DNA of 64,000 bases, taken from contig CBDETY010000003.1 of the NCBI GenBank assembly GCA_965243025.1, forward strand, positions 5,184,001 to 5,248,000, read 5' to 3'. The notes under the pieces were generated by a model. It saw nothing but the letters and a program-made list of their open reading frames with translations. It ran no database searches and had not been told where the DNA came from. Position 1 is the first letter of the stretch, and each line of letters starts with the position of its first letter. Made by a program: the position numbers and the translations under genes. Below are positions 9,064 to 18,650 of this stretch, in pieces. This DNA is from Candidatus Latescibacterota bacterium (GTDB lineage: Bacteria > Latescibacterota > UBA2968 > UBA8231).

Positions 9064-10410
9064 TTATCTCCATGGTGTCCCGGAGAGGCGATTTTCCAGA
9101 TCGGCGACGGGGTTGAAGTACCACCGATTTCTGAGCTTGCGGGCGTCCAGCAATCCGGCCTTCACAAGTTCGAGCAGGTCGGTGCGGGCGGTCTGGTAGA
9201 CGACGCCGTGGCTCATTCGGTGCTCATGGATGGTGTACCGGTAGTTCGGATGGCGCAGGGCGTGGCCGAGAAGTGCGCGCTGGCGGTGGTTGAGATCGGT
9301 GAGTCCCTGCAATACCGACTCCAGTTGCTGTCGCTGCTGACTCTTGCGGGCGATGTACTGGTTCAGCGCCCGCACGGCGTGGTCGAGAACTCCGAGGTGA
9401 TAGTGGATGAAATAGGTGAGGTCGTTGTCGTCGGTCTCGGTGTACAGGAATGCACGAGCGTACTGCGCGGGAGCACGGCGGATGATGTGGGAGATCGTGA
9501 GGAACTCGACCAGCCGGTATCCGTGCCGCAGCATCGACCAGTAGAACAGCGCCCGTGCCGTTCGCCCATTGCCGTCGGCGAACGGGTGCTCGTAGGCCAG
9601 CCAGAAGTGAAGGACGATGGAACGCAGCACGGGATGGACAAACGGTCCTGAGTCGTCTTCGGTGGCGTTGGCGAAGGCGCACATTTCATCCAGGCGCTGC
9701 GGAAGCTGCCCGGCAGGGGGTGGGGTGTGCAGCACGGTGACGTCGCGCTCGTCGACCACGTGTATGGACTCTTCGGGGCGGCGCAGCCGCCCGGCGGCAG
9801 TGTCGTCGTCGATCGTTCCGTGAGTCACCGAATGTTGAATTTCGAACAGGAGGTCCGGGGACAGAGGAGAATCCTTGTGGCTGCGGATCGCCTGCATGGT
9901 GCGGTAGTTGTTGAGGATCATGCGCTCGCTCCGGTCGGCTGGTGCACGCCCGGAACGGATCATTTCCTTGGCGACCTGGCGCGGCGTGGAAGCACCCTCG
10001 AGCTGGCTCGAGGTGATCGCCTCTTCGATAAGCGACCCAACATAGTACTGATCCCGCGTTTCCGGGTTGGTGATCTGGTCCGGCATGCCTACGCGCCCAC
10101 CGGCGTTCAAGTCGATGCGGTGCAGCAGCTCTTGAATGACAGCTGGCAGGCTGTAGCGAAAGAACCTCTGCGAGTCATCCCGGAGAGGTATCATTTGGGC
10201 AGACGCATTCCGCGGGATCTTCTCGGCCACCCACCACTCCTCATGGGTCAAGCCGTCCGGCGGCGGGCGCCTCCGCAGCTCGTCCCAATGCAGGTACCGG
10301 TCGCTGGTGCTGTCTGAACTGCTGGTCAGCAACTGGTTAAATCGCTGTGGATCCGCAGCGACCCTTTGCATCAGGGGAATGAAGTCTGGAGGCTTTTGAG
10401 GAATCCTCAT
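9064..10410 (-). CDS. Fic family AMPylase with N-terminal inhibitory motif and C-terminal HTH
   Basis: Canonical HPFADGNGRTAR; inhibitory 'TSSQLEG'; C-terminal 'TIHEHRMSHGVVYQTARTDLLELVKAGLL' wHTH; start MRIPQKPP at 10410. Confidence 0.92.
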   Translation of the reverse strand: MRIPQKPPDFIPLMQRVAADPQRFNQLLTSSSDSTSDRYLHWDELRRRPPPDGLTHEEWWVAEKIPRNASAQMIPLRDDSQRFFRYSLPAVIQELLHRIDLNAGGRVGMPDQITNPETRDQYYVGSLIEEAITSSQLEGASTPRQVAKEMIRSGRAPADRSERMILNNYRTMQAIRSHKDSPLSPDLLFEIQHSVTHGTIDDDTAAGRLRRPEESIHVVDERDVTVLHTPPPAGQLPQRLDEMCAFANATEDDSGPFVHPVLRSIVLHFWLAYEHPFADGNGRTARALFYWSMLRHGYRLVEFLTISHIIRRAPAQYARAFLYTETDDNDLTYFIHYHLGVLDHAVRALNQYIARKSQQRQQLESVLQGLTDLNHRQRALLGHALRHPNYRYTIHEHRMSHGVVYQTARTDLLELVKAGLLDARKLRNRWYFNPVADLENRLSGTPWR

Positions 10411-10417
10411 AGTAAAT

Positions 10418-10446
10418 ACATTACTAATCGCTGCTAAATTAGTAAA
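10418..10446 (-). promoter_or_regulatory. Putative leaderless fic promoter overlapped by palindromic site copy 3
   Basis: Minus strand TTTACT-N17-TAATGT-7 nt-ATG with no SD; palindrome TTACTAAT-cgctgctaa-ATTAGTAA at 10421-10445 covers the spacer. Confidence 0.6.
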
Positions 10447-10499
10447 GTAGACGGTGGCGGAGCTGTCCGATTTCAACGGACGCCCCGTCCGACGACACC

Positions 10500-12668
10500 A
10501 TGGAAGTCAGAGAATTCGCGGAGCAGGTGCTTTTCGGCACCACCCTCGAGGACAAGCTGATCGACGGCGGGCGCTACCACCGCGGCCACCCGGCCTGTCC
10601 CATCGCCGCTCCCGGCGAGCCGGGACGCCCCAAGTCGCTGGCGCTGGGCGGCTGGAACGACCGCGAGCGCATCCGCTTCCGCGAGGTGCGGGGGTTCCAC
10701 AGCGAAAAGGAGCGCGGCCTCGTCCTGCACTTCTTCGCCAACCACGAGCTCCTCGCCATCGAGCTGATGGCCTTGGCGCTGCTGAAGTTTCCCGACGCCC
10801 CGGAGAAGTTCCGCCGCGGGCTCTACGGCATCCTGCGGGAGGAGCAGGAGCACCTGCGCCTCTACATCGAGCGCATGCGCGGCATCGGCGTCGAGTTCGG
10901 GGAGATCCCGGTCAGCGACTTCTTCTGGCGCTGCATCTCGCCGGTGGAGTCCCCGATCGAATTCGTCACCCGCCTCAGCCTCACCTTGGAGCAGGCCAAC
11001 CTCGACTACGCCCCGTACTACGCTTCGGTTTACGGCGAGCTGGGGGACGACGAGACGGCGCGGCTGATGCAGCGCATCTACCGGGACGAGATCGGCCACG
11101 TGAAGCACGGCCTGACCTGGTTCAACAGCTGGCGCGACCCGGACCTCGGCGAGTGGGAGGCCTACACCCGGACCCTGGCTCCGCCCCTGGACCCGGGGCG
11201 CGCCAAGGGGATCGGCTTCAACGCGGAGGGGCGCCGGAAAGCGGGCCTTTCCGAGGCCTTCATCGGCGAGCTGCGGGTCCACTCCCAGTCGCGGGGACGC
11301 CCTCCCTCGGTGTTCTGGTTCAACCCGGCCTGCGACCGCTGCGCCGGCCTGGACGGAGTGCAGACGCCGCCGAAGTGGATGGCGCAGGTAGCCGCAGACC
11401 TGGAGACGGTGCCTGGCCTGGCCTGCGCCGCCGGAGACGTCGTTCTGGTCGGCCGCCGGCCGCGGCGGGAGCATCTGTCGGAGCTGCAGGCCGCGGGTCT
11501 GGAGATTCCGGAGTTCGCCCTCTTCGACGGCACCGCCGGCCTCGAAGGCCATCCGCTGGCAGAGCGCAGGCTCGGCGCCCTGCGTCCCTGGGGGGTGGCT
11601 CCCGACAGCGAGCAGCTGCTGGCGCCGCTGAAGGGCAGCGTCGCCGGCCCGCGGAAAGGTCCGGCCTGGAGCGGCGCCCTGCGCCGGCTGTACTCGAAGG
11701 AGTGGAGCGCCGCCCTGCTCGCGGAGTTCCTCGAAGGCAGGCGGGAGCACTGGCTGTGCGGCGCCGGCGTGGTCGGGCAGCGGTGCGGGTCAATGGGGGA
11801 GGTCCGGCAGGCGCTCGACCTGCTGGGGGAACGGGGCTGGAGCCGGGCGGTGATCAAGGCCCCGTTCGGCGCTGCCGGCCGCGGTCAGATCCGGCTCTCG
11901 ACGGCTGCGAAGCCCGGAGAAGCCGAGGACCCTCTGGAAGGGGCGAAGCGGGGACGGGTGGAACGGTTGCTGGCCGAGCAGGGTGCGGTCGTGGTGGAAC
12001 CGCTGCTGGAAGGGGTGGCCGACCTGTCGGCCCAGTACGAGGTCGGTGCCGGCGGGAAGGCGGTCCTGCTCGGGATCACGCGGTTCGTCACCGACGGCCG
12101 CGGGCAGTACCTCGGCTCCTTCCTGCACCGCAAGGTCGACGGGCTCGACGAGCAGGTGCGCCGGTTCCTGTACGGGGACGGCCGGGACAGCCGGCGCCTG
12201 CGGCGCCTCTACGAAGAGCTGGCCGGGCATATGGGACCCGGGCTGGCGGCGGCCGGTTTCTCCGGTCCCCTCGGGGTGGACGCGCTGGTCTACCGGGACC
12301 GCGGCCGGCTGCGGCTGAAACCGGTGATCGAGGTGAACCCGCGCATGACCATGGGCAGGGTGGCCCTGCAGCTGGCGCGGCGGGTCCACGCGGCCGGCAC
12401 CGCCCTGTGGCTGATGCTGCGGGTCCGCGACATCGAGGCAGCCGGCTTCGAGAACGCCGGTGCCTTCGCCGGTGAGATGCGGCGGCGCCACCCGGTCGAG
12501 ATGATCCCGGAGGGAGACCTGGTATCGAAGGGGGTGCTGTTCACCACCGATCCCAAGAGGGCCAAGGCATTCCTCACCCTGCTGGTGGCCGCCGAATCGC
12601 TGGAGGAGTGCAAGGCCTGGTTCGAGCCCTGGGGGGGACGCCTGAGCGAGTGGACGCGCCGCTGCTGA
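10500..12668 (+). CDS. Ferritin-like (DUF455-type) di-iron domain fused to an ATP-grasp-like domain
   Basis: N-half 'HFFANHELLAIE..EEQEH..LEQANLD..DEIGHV'; C-half 'VIKAPFGAAGRG', 'VVVEP', 'GPLGVDALV', 'IEVNPRMTMG'. Confidence 0.75.
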   Translation: MEVREFAEQVLFGTTLEDKLIDGGRYHRGHPACPIAAPGEPGRPKSLALGGWNDRERIRFREVRGFHSEKERGLVLHFFANHELLAIELMALALLKFPDAPEKFRRGLYGILREEQEHLRLYIERMRGIGVEFGEIPVSDFFWRCISPVESPIEFVTRLSLTLEQANLDYAPYYASVYGELGDDETARLMQRIYRDEIGHVKHGLTWFNSWRDPDLGEWEAYTRTLAPPLDPGRAKGIGFNAEGRRKAGLSEAFIGELRVHSQSRGRPPSVFWFNPACDRCAGLDGVQTPPKWMAQVAADLETVPGLACAAGDVVLVGRRPRREHLSELQAAGLEIPEFALFDGTAGLEGHPLAERRLGALRPWGVAPDSEQLLAPLKGSVAGPRKGPAWSGALRRLYSKEWSAALLAEFLEGRREHWLCGAGVVGQRCGSMGEVRQALDLLGERGWSRAVIKAPFGAAGRGQIRLSTAAKPGEAEDPLEGAKRGRVERLLAEQGAVVVEPLLEGVADLSAQYEVGAGGKAVLLGITRFVTDGRGQYLGSFLHRKVDGLDEQVRRFLYGDGRDSRRLRRLYEELAGHMGPGLAAAGFSGPLGVDALVYRDRGRLRLKPVIEVNPRMTMGRVALQLARRVHAAGTALWLMLRVRDIEAAGFENAGAFAGEMRRRHPVEMIPEGDLVSKGVLFTTDPKRAKAFLTLLVAAESLEECKAWFEPWGGRLSEWTRRC

Positions 12669-12895
12669 GCGCAAGCGAACTCCCGGACCTGAACAGCCCC
12701 GCGAGGAAATAGTCCATCCGGGCTGCGACCAGCACGACCCGGCCCCGCCTGAAGAGCAACTGTATCAACTGGCTGTCGAGCAACGGACCGGTCCCGTTAT
12801 AGTCGCACTCCCTACTTTAGTTCTTCAGGCTTCGGGCCATGCCAAACCGAAGCAGCCCCGCCGCGCAGTGAAACCGAAAGCTCGAGAGGAGACCC

Positions 12896-13744
12896 ATGAC
12901 CCGCTGGATCTTCGTCAGCGACCTGCAACTCAGGCCCGACGACCGCGAGCACGAGGAGCGCCGGCGCCTGTTGATCGAGCAGGTCGCCGCTGAAAGACCG
13001 GACTTCGTCATCGACGGCGGCGACCACGTCGCCGGCGCCGTGAACGACGAACCGGAGGAAGCGGAAAGAGTAGCGCTCATGTGGACGGCCTACCACCGCG
13101 TCGTGAAGCCCCTGCGGGGGCTGTGCCCGGTGATATCGACGGTCGGCAACCACGACCAGACCGGATCCGATCCTTCATCGGAGGAGTTCCTGCGCCAGGT
13201 AGGGCGCCAGGGCCGGCGGACATGGCATGCCGGAACGATCGGCGGTGTCCATATCGCCGTCCTCGATGTCCTCAACGGCAGGCACCGCGGCGGTTTTGCC
13301 GACCGCGCGCAGGCGCGATGGCTGCGGCGGGATCTGCGGTCGCCGCGGCGGGCGCCCTGCACGGTCGTTGCGGGGCATTATCCGGTTCTGGTGGCGCCCT
13401 GGGTGCGCGAGCACTCGGTGCTGTGCGACGAAGAACCGGGCGACCCCGGGCCGCTGCTCCCGATGCTGCTCGAGGGGGGCGTCGACCTCTACCTTTGCGG
13501 TCACCTTCACGCCTACGAGCGGGCCCGCCACGGGACGTTGACGCAGGTGATGACGAGCGCGTCCGACATCTTCTTCGACGACATGGAAAAGAAACCGGGG
13601 GAGCACAGGATCGCCTTCGACAGGCGGCAGAGCTACGTTCGTTTCACTCTGGAGGATTCGACGATTCTGGGGGAGGCGGTCTCGGCGGATGGGAACATCA
13701 TCGACGAGTGGAGTCAGGAACTGCTCCCCAAGCCGCGGGCCTGA
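12896..13744 (+). CDS. Calcineurin-like metallophosphoesterase
   Basis: SDLQ, GGDHV, GNHD, GHYP, CGHLH motifs; GAGGAG RBS. Confidence 0.85.
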   Translation: MTRWIFVSDLQLRPDDREHEERRRLLIEQVAAERPDFVIDGGDHVAGAVNDEPEEAERVALMWTAYHRVVKPLRGLCPVISTVGNHDQTGSDPSSEEFLRQVGRQGRRTWHAGTIGGVHIAVLDVLNGRHRGGFADRAQARWLRRDLRSPRRAPCTVVAGHYPVLVAPWVREHSVLCDEEPGDPGPLLPMLLEGGVDLYLCGHLHAYERARHGTLTQVMTSASDIFFDDMEKKPGEHRIAFDRRQSYVRFTLEDSTILGEAVSADGNIIDEWSQELLPKPRA

Positions 13745-13936
13745 ACTGCCTGCGCGCGGAATCAAGCGAACGAACGAGGGCGGCGAGCCGGGATGCAGCG
13801 CCGGAATTCAAGGGGAATTGGGCTAGCAGTCACCGGTCCGCAACCCCCGGGGGTTGAATGCCAGGTGCGTGGATGAGCTGGGTACCCGGTCAGCGAGAAC
13901 CCGGGGAATTCACGGGGAAAAGAGAAAGGAAGAGAA

Positions 13937-14620
13937 TTGGGAACGTATTCCGTACAAGTTGAGATGCGGTTCCTCAGCCCGGGGCCGCAGCCGAACGGGC
14001 TGCATGCCGCAGAGGACGGGCTGTGGATCATCGACCAGGTATCGCTCAAGGCGCAGAAGGTCGACTGGGACACCGGGGCCCTGCTGCACGAAGTCGACAC
14101 GGAGACCGAGCATTCGAGCGGCATCACCATGGGGGACGACGGCGCCCTCTGGATCAGCTCTACCTTCGGGCTGGACATCGTCAAGGTCGATCCCCGGACC
14201 GGAAAGACCTTTGCCCGCCACCCCGATCCCGGGAGAGGGTTGGTGGCAGCGGCCGAGAGCGCGGAGAACCCCCGCGAGTCGAGCTCGCACGGGCTGGAGT
14301 GGCGCGACGGCAGGATCTACGCCGCGGCCCCGCCGACGCAGCGGCTCCACGTCATCGACGTGGAAACCTGGGAGGAGGTCGGGCAGTTCCCCACCGGGGG
14401 GCTCCGGGTGCACGGGATCGCCTGGGACGAGTCGGGCATGCTGTGGGTGTCCGATACCTCGGCCGGGACCGTGGTCCTGATGGACCTCGACCGGGACGGC
14501 AGGATCTGCGACGTGTTCCGCGTCAACGAGCCGGACGAGGTGCACGGGATGACGGCGCGCGGCGGCGAGTTGTGGTACTGCGACGCGACCACCCGGGAAA
14601 TCGGCGTTCTGCGCAGGTAG
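13937..14620 (+). CDS. Beta-propeller protein (glutaminyl cyclase/Vgb-like repeats)
   Basis: Repeated 'PNGL..LW', 'SSGIT..LW', 'SHGLEW..IY', 'VHGIAW..LW', 'VHGMT..LW' blades. Confidence 0.65.
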   Translation: MGTYSVQVEMRFLSPGPQPNGLHAAEDGLWIIDQVSLKAQKVDWDTGALLHEVDTETEHSSGITMGDDGALWISSTFGLDIVKVDPRTGKTFARHPDPGRGLVAAAESAENPRESSSHGLEWRDGRIYAAAPPTQRLHVIDVETWEEVGQFPTGGLRVHGIAWDESGMLWVSDTSAGTVVLMDLDRDGRICDVFRVNEPDEVHGMTARGGELWYCDATTREIGVLRR

Positions 14621-14809
14621 ACCGCGTGCCCACTGAGTGCGGTTGGGGGGTTCGCAAACCGGCGCCGGAATGCCGGTTCAGGAACCGCACCTGGAACCGG
14701 ACGAGACCGCCCGGATCCCCGCCTGAAGCCCGGCCGCGGCCGGCTTGACCGTCCCGGAGCCGCCCGGTAAGTTCCGGTCCCCACGCAGAAAACCATCCGG
14801 AATTCCCTC

Positions 14810-16081
14810 TTGAAAGCCAATCTGGACCTCGTCGTTGTCGGCGGCGGACCCGCCGGCGCCACGGCGGCGCTGTACGCCAGGAAACACGGCCTGTCGGTCG
14901 CCCTTCTGGACCGCGCCCGCTTTCCCCGCGACAAGGTCTGCGGCGACGCCCTCTCGGGTAAATCGCTGGCCATCCTGCTCGACCTGGGTCTCCTCGACAA
15001 GGTCAGGGCGCTTCCGGGGGCCCGCATCGACAGGGTCGTCTTCGGCAGCCCCAGGCACGTGAACGCCGACATCGACCTGTCGACGCGCCCCCTGCACGAC
15101 ACCGCGACCGGCCGCGACATCAAGATGGAAGGCTCGGTGATCCGGCGGGAGATCTTCGACAACTTCCTGTTCCAGGAGGCGAAGGCTGCCGCCGACGAGT
15201 GCCGCGAGGGATTCCAGGTAACCCGGCTGTCGCGGCGCGGCGGCGCGGTGACCGGGGTCACCGGCAGAGCGGAGGACGGATCCCTAGTCGAGATCGGGGC
15301 CGACCTCGTGCTCGGGTGCGACGGCTTCAGCTCCATCGTCGCCCGGCAGACGGACCTGTACAACCACGACAGCCGCCACTGGGTGGTGGCGATCCGCCAG
15401 TACTACGAGAACGTCGAGGGCCTCGACAGCCAGATCGAGCTCCACTTCGTCGACGAGGTCATCCCCGGCTACTTCTGGGCCTTCCCGCTGGAAAACGGGT
15501 TCGCCAACATCGGCATCGGCATGCTGCAGGAGTCGATGAAGAAGAGGAAGGTCGACCTGCGGAAGGCCCTGGAGCAGGTGATCTCCCGGCCTCCCTTCGC
15601 CGAGCGTTTCGCCGCGGCGCGGCCGCTGGAGAAGCCGGTCGGCTGGAACCTGCCGATCGGCAGCACGCGGCGGAAGGCGCACGCCGACGGCGTCATGCTG
15701 CTCGGCGACGCGGCCGGGCTGATCGACCCGTTCACCGGCGAGGGGATCGGCAACGCCCTCTACTCGGCGAAGTTCGCGATCGAGACCGCGGCCGAAGCGA
15801 AGCGGGAAGGCGACTTCAGCGAGGCCTTCCTCAAGCGCTACGAGGACCGCCTGTGGGACTCCCTCGGCGACGAGCTGAAGACGAGCACGCGCATGCAGAA
15901 CCTCGGCAACTGGCGGCCGCTGCTGAACTTCGTCATCGGCAAGGCGGCGCGGAGCGAGCGGGTCAGAGACATGATCTGCGCCATGATCGCCAACGCGGCG
16001 CCGAAGGAAGAGCTCACCAGCCCGCTGTTCTACCTCAAGCTGCTGTTCAACACCCTGCCCAACGGACGCAGCCGCGCATGA
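14810..16081 (+). CDS. Geranylgeranyl reductase family FAD oxidoreductase
   Basis: VVVGGGPAG, FPRDKVCGD, GYFWAFP, 'GDAAGLIDPFTGEGIGNA'. Confidence 0.9.
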   Translation: MKANLDLVVVGGGPAGATAALYARKHGLSVALLDRARFPRDKVCGDALSGKSLAILLDLGLLDKVRALPGARIDRVVFGSPRHVNADIDLSTRPLHDTATGRDIKMEGSVIRREIFDNFLFQEAKAAADECREGFQVTRLSRRGGAVTGVTGRAEDGSLVEIGADLVLGCDGFSSIVARQTDLYNHDSRHWVVAIRQYYENVEGLDSQIELHFVDEVIPGYFWAFPLENGFANIGIGMLQESMKKRKVDLRKALEQVISRPPFAERFAAARPLEKPVGWNLPIGSTRRKAHADGVMLLGDAAGLIDPFTGEGIGNALYSAKFAIETAAEAKREGDFSEAFLKRYEDRLWDSLGDELKTSTRMQNLGNWRPLLNFVIGKAARSERVRDMICAMIANAAPKEELTSPLFYLKLLFNTLPNGRSRA

Positions 16082-17718
16082 CCGGGGGGGAGGCGGTCGC
16101 CGCCGCCCTCGCGGCGCACGGCGTCGACACCGTCTTCGGCATCCCCGGGGCCCACAACCTCTCCCTCTACGACGCCCTGATCGAGGCGCCCGTACGCCAC
16201 GTCCTGGCGCGCCACGAGCAGGGGGCGGCCTTCATGGCCGACGGCTACGCGCGCGCTTGCGGCCGCCCCGGGGTCTGCGTCGTCACCTCGGGGCCGGCCG
16301 CCCTCAACACCATCACCCCGCTCGGCACCGCTTGGAGCGATTCCTCGCCGGTGCTCTGCATCGCCAGCCAGATTCCGGCCGCCGGCATCGGCAGGGAGAA
16401 GGGCTACCTGCACGAGTGCAGCGACCAGCTCGCCTGCTTCCGCCCGGTCACCGGCTGGTGCGGGCGCGCCGATTCGGTCGCCGCCATACCCGGGCTGCTG
16501 CGCGAGGCCTTCGCCAGCATGAGCGGCGGCCGCCCGCGCCCGGCGGCCCTCGAGATCCCCTGCGACATCCTCGACGCCTCCGGTGAGGCGGAAATCGGCG
16601 GGCATTTCCGGGTCGAGCGGCCGCAGCCAGGGGCAGCGGAAATCGGGGCGGCCGCGGCGGCCCTGCGAGCGGCCAGGTCTCCGGTCATCTGGGCAGGAGG
16701 CGGGGTGATCGCCAGCGGCGCGGACGCCGAGCTGCGGGAGCTGGCCGAAACCCTGCAGGCCCCGGTGTTCACGACGGTGCTGGGCAAGGGAGCGCTCCCG
16801 GAGGACCACCCGCTGGCCGCCGGCACCGCCATCCTGCACCCGCTGGCGCAGGAGTTCCTGGCGCAGCGGGACGCCATGCTCGCCGTCGGTACCCGCTTCA
16901 CCGAGGAGGAAACCACCGGCTGGAAACTGCGCCTCCCCGAAACCCTGATCCAACTCGACGTCGACGCGGAGGAGATCGGCCGCAACTACCCGGCATCCGC
17001 GGCCGTGGCCGGGGACGCCCGCGAGTCGCTGCGCGCCCTGGCCGCCCGGCTCGACGGCCTCGAGCCTTGCTCCCGGACGGCCGAAGTCGCCGCCCTCAGG
17101 GAGGGGATCGTCGCCGACTGCCGCGAGCTGGCGCCGGAAGGGGTCGAGCTCGTCGACGCCCTGCAGGAGGGGCTGCCGCGCGGGGCCGTTCTGGTCAGCG
17201 ACCTCACGGTGGCGGCGTACTGGTGCCGGCGCCTGCTCGAGCTCTACGAACCGCGCTGCAACATCTATCCCTGGGGATTTTGCACTCTCGGCTTCGGCCT
17301 GCCCGCGGCCATCGGGGCGAAGCTGGCCTGCCCGGAACGGCCGGTCGTATGCCTCTCGGGGGACGCCGGGTTCCTGTTCAACTGCCAGGAGCTGGCGGTC
17401 GCCGCCGAAGCCGGACTTCCGGTGGTCGTACTGCTGTTCAACGACAGCGGTTACGGGGCCCTCAGGCCCCAGCAGGACCACCGCTTCGGACGCAGGCACG
17501 CCGTCGATGCCGGCAACCCGGATTTCGTCGCCCTCGCCAGGGCGTTCGGGGTCGAGGCCCGGCGCGTCGCCGAGGTCGGTAGCCTGGGGCCGGCCCTGGC
17601 CGAGGCCCTGGAGGCCGCGGCGCCGGCGCTGATCGAGGTGCCGGTGTCGCTGCCGCCGCAGATCATGGAGCCGGGGCCGAGGGCGCTGTTCGAAGCGGCC
17701 CGCAGGCGGGCCGGGTAA
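16078..17718 (+). CDS. Thiamine-diphosphate-dependent enzyme (acetolactate synthase large subunit-like)
   Basis: MTGGEAV...VFGIPG, RHEQGAAFMADGYAR, GDAGF..N ThDP motif; ATGA overlap with the reductase; embedded in ORF 15199..17718. Confidence 0.88.
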   Translation: MTGGEAVAAALAAHGVDTVFGIPGAHNLSLYDALIEAPVRHVLARHEQGAAFMADGYARACGRPGVCVVTSGPAALNTITPLGTAWSDSSPVLCIASQIPAAGIGREKGYLHECSDQLACFRPVTGWCGRADSVAAIPGLLREAFASMSGGRPRPAALEIPCDILDASGEAEIGGHFRVERPQPGAAEIGAAAAALRAARSPVIWAGGGVIASGADAELRELAETLQAPVFTTVLGKGALPEDHPLAAGTAILHPLAQEFLAQRDAMLAVGTRFTEEETTGWKLRLPETLIQLDVDAEEIGRNYPASAAVAGDARESLRALAARLDGLEPCSRTAEVAALREGIVADCRELAPEGVELVDALQEGLPRGAVLVSDLTVAAYWCRRLLELYEPRCNIYPWGFCTLGFGLPAAIGAKLACPERPVVCLSGDAGFLFNCQELAVAAEAGLPVVVLLFNDSGYGALRPQQDHRFGRRHAVDAGNPDFVALARAFGVEARRVAEVGSLGPALAEALEAAAPALIEVPVSLPPQIMEPGPRALFEAARRRAG

Positions 17719-17831
17719 TCGCCTGAATCCGGAGGGGTCTGCTCGAAATTCCGGCACCATGGCTATCTCCGGCAGGGCCTGGAGCCGGGGCCGAGGGCCC
17801 TCTTTGAGGCGGCCAGCGGACGCCCGGGTAG
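17666..17831 (+). repeat. Degenerate tandem duplication of the 3' end of the ThDP-enzyme gene
   Basis: tggagccggggccgagggcgctgttcgaagcggcc...ccgggtaa (17666-17718) vs tggagccggggccgagggccctctttgaggcggcc...ccgggtag (17780-17831). Confidence 0.75.
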
Positions 17832-18192
17832 TTGTCTGGGAACCCGAACCGGTCTTGTGTTCTTTCGGGTGTTACTGGTTACCTGAGGACGCGGCGCTTC
17901 GCGGCATGCATTGCCGGGATATCCGAAAAGCGGAGAGCCTTGGCCTGAGGACCCCGCAGCCCGTCCCGGCCTGGAGTTTCCGGAAGCGCCGCTGTCTTCA
18001 GGGAGCCGTGGCCCCTGCATGGAATCCCGGCTCTCCAATAGCGGAGAAACCTCGTCCGGGGGACGCATGCGTCCCGGTTTTCCCGGGGAGCCGGGCTTGC
18101 TGCCCCGGGGCGATTCTCCAACCCCGGAAAGCTCCGCTTGCCGAGGGAGCTTTCGGCGGCCTTGGCGGCGGCGGTTACAAGGCGGCGGACCG

Positions 18193-18531
18193 CTACCAGT
18201 TAACGAGTCCGGCTTTCTGCTGCTCCCACCCCGAGTCTGAAGGGAACACCGTGTTCATCGACACCGACTCGAGGTCGCGGGCGAACATCGGCTTGACGAT
18301 GCCGATCCACTCCTTGAAGTGGGGCGCTTCGAGGTGGGCCTGGAACGCCTCTTCGTCGCGGTAGACTTCGTAGAGGTAGAAGCGGCCGGGGATCTCCCGG
18401 TCCCGGTTGATGTCGAAACGGAAGCAGCCGGGCTCGTCCCGGACCGAGCCCCGGGCGTCTCCGAAGCTGGCCTGCGTGAACTCCTCGACGTGCTCCGGCT
18501 TGACGTCGATGGTAACGAAAATCGAATACAT
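18193..18531 (-). CDS. Antibiotic biosynthesis monooxygenase (ABM/LsrG-like) family protein
   Basis: 'SVRDEPGCFRFD...FYLYEVYRDEEAFQAHLEAPHF'; GGAG RBS before MYSIF. Confidence 0.88.
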   Translation of the reverse strand: MYSIFVTIDVKPEHVEEFTQASFGDARGSVRDEPGCFRFDINRDREIPGRFYLYEVYRDEEAFQAHLEAPHFKEWIGIVKPMFARDLESVSMNTVFPSDSGWEQQKAGLVNW

Positions 18532-18650
18532 TCCGGTCTCCTCCCTCATGGTTGGTTGCTGCGGATGAACGGCTCACCCGGCGGTCGCGAAATACTCCCG
18601 CAAGATCCCCCTGCCCGCAACGTCCCCGGCGCAACCTGCAGGGCCCCGGG

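Noticed and set aside
13803-13919. GGAATTCA(A/C)GGGGAA direct repeat about 100 bp apart
   Set aside because: Only two short copies and no supporting context.
15199-16077. N-terminal extension of the ThDP enzyme (839-aa ORF)
   Set aside because: Off-frame overlap with the reductase gene; homology starts at ATG 16078.
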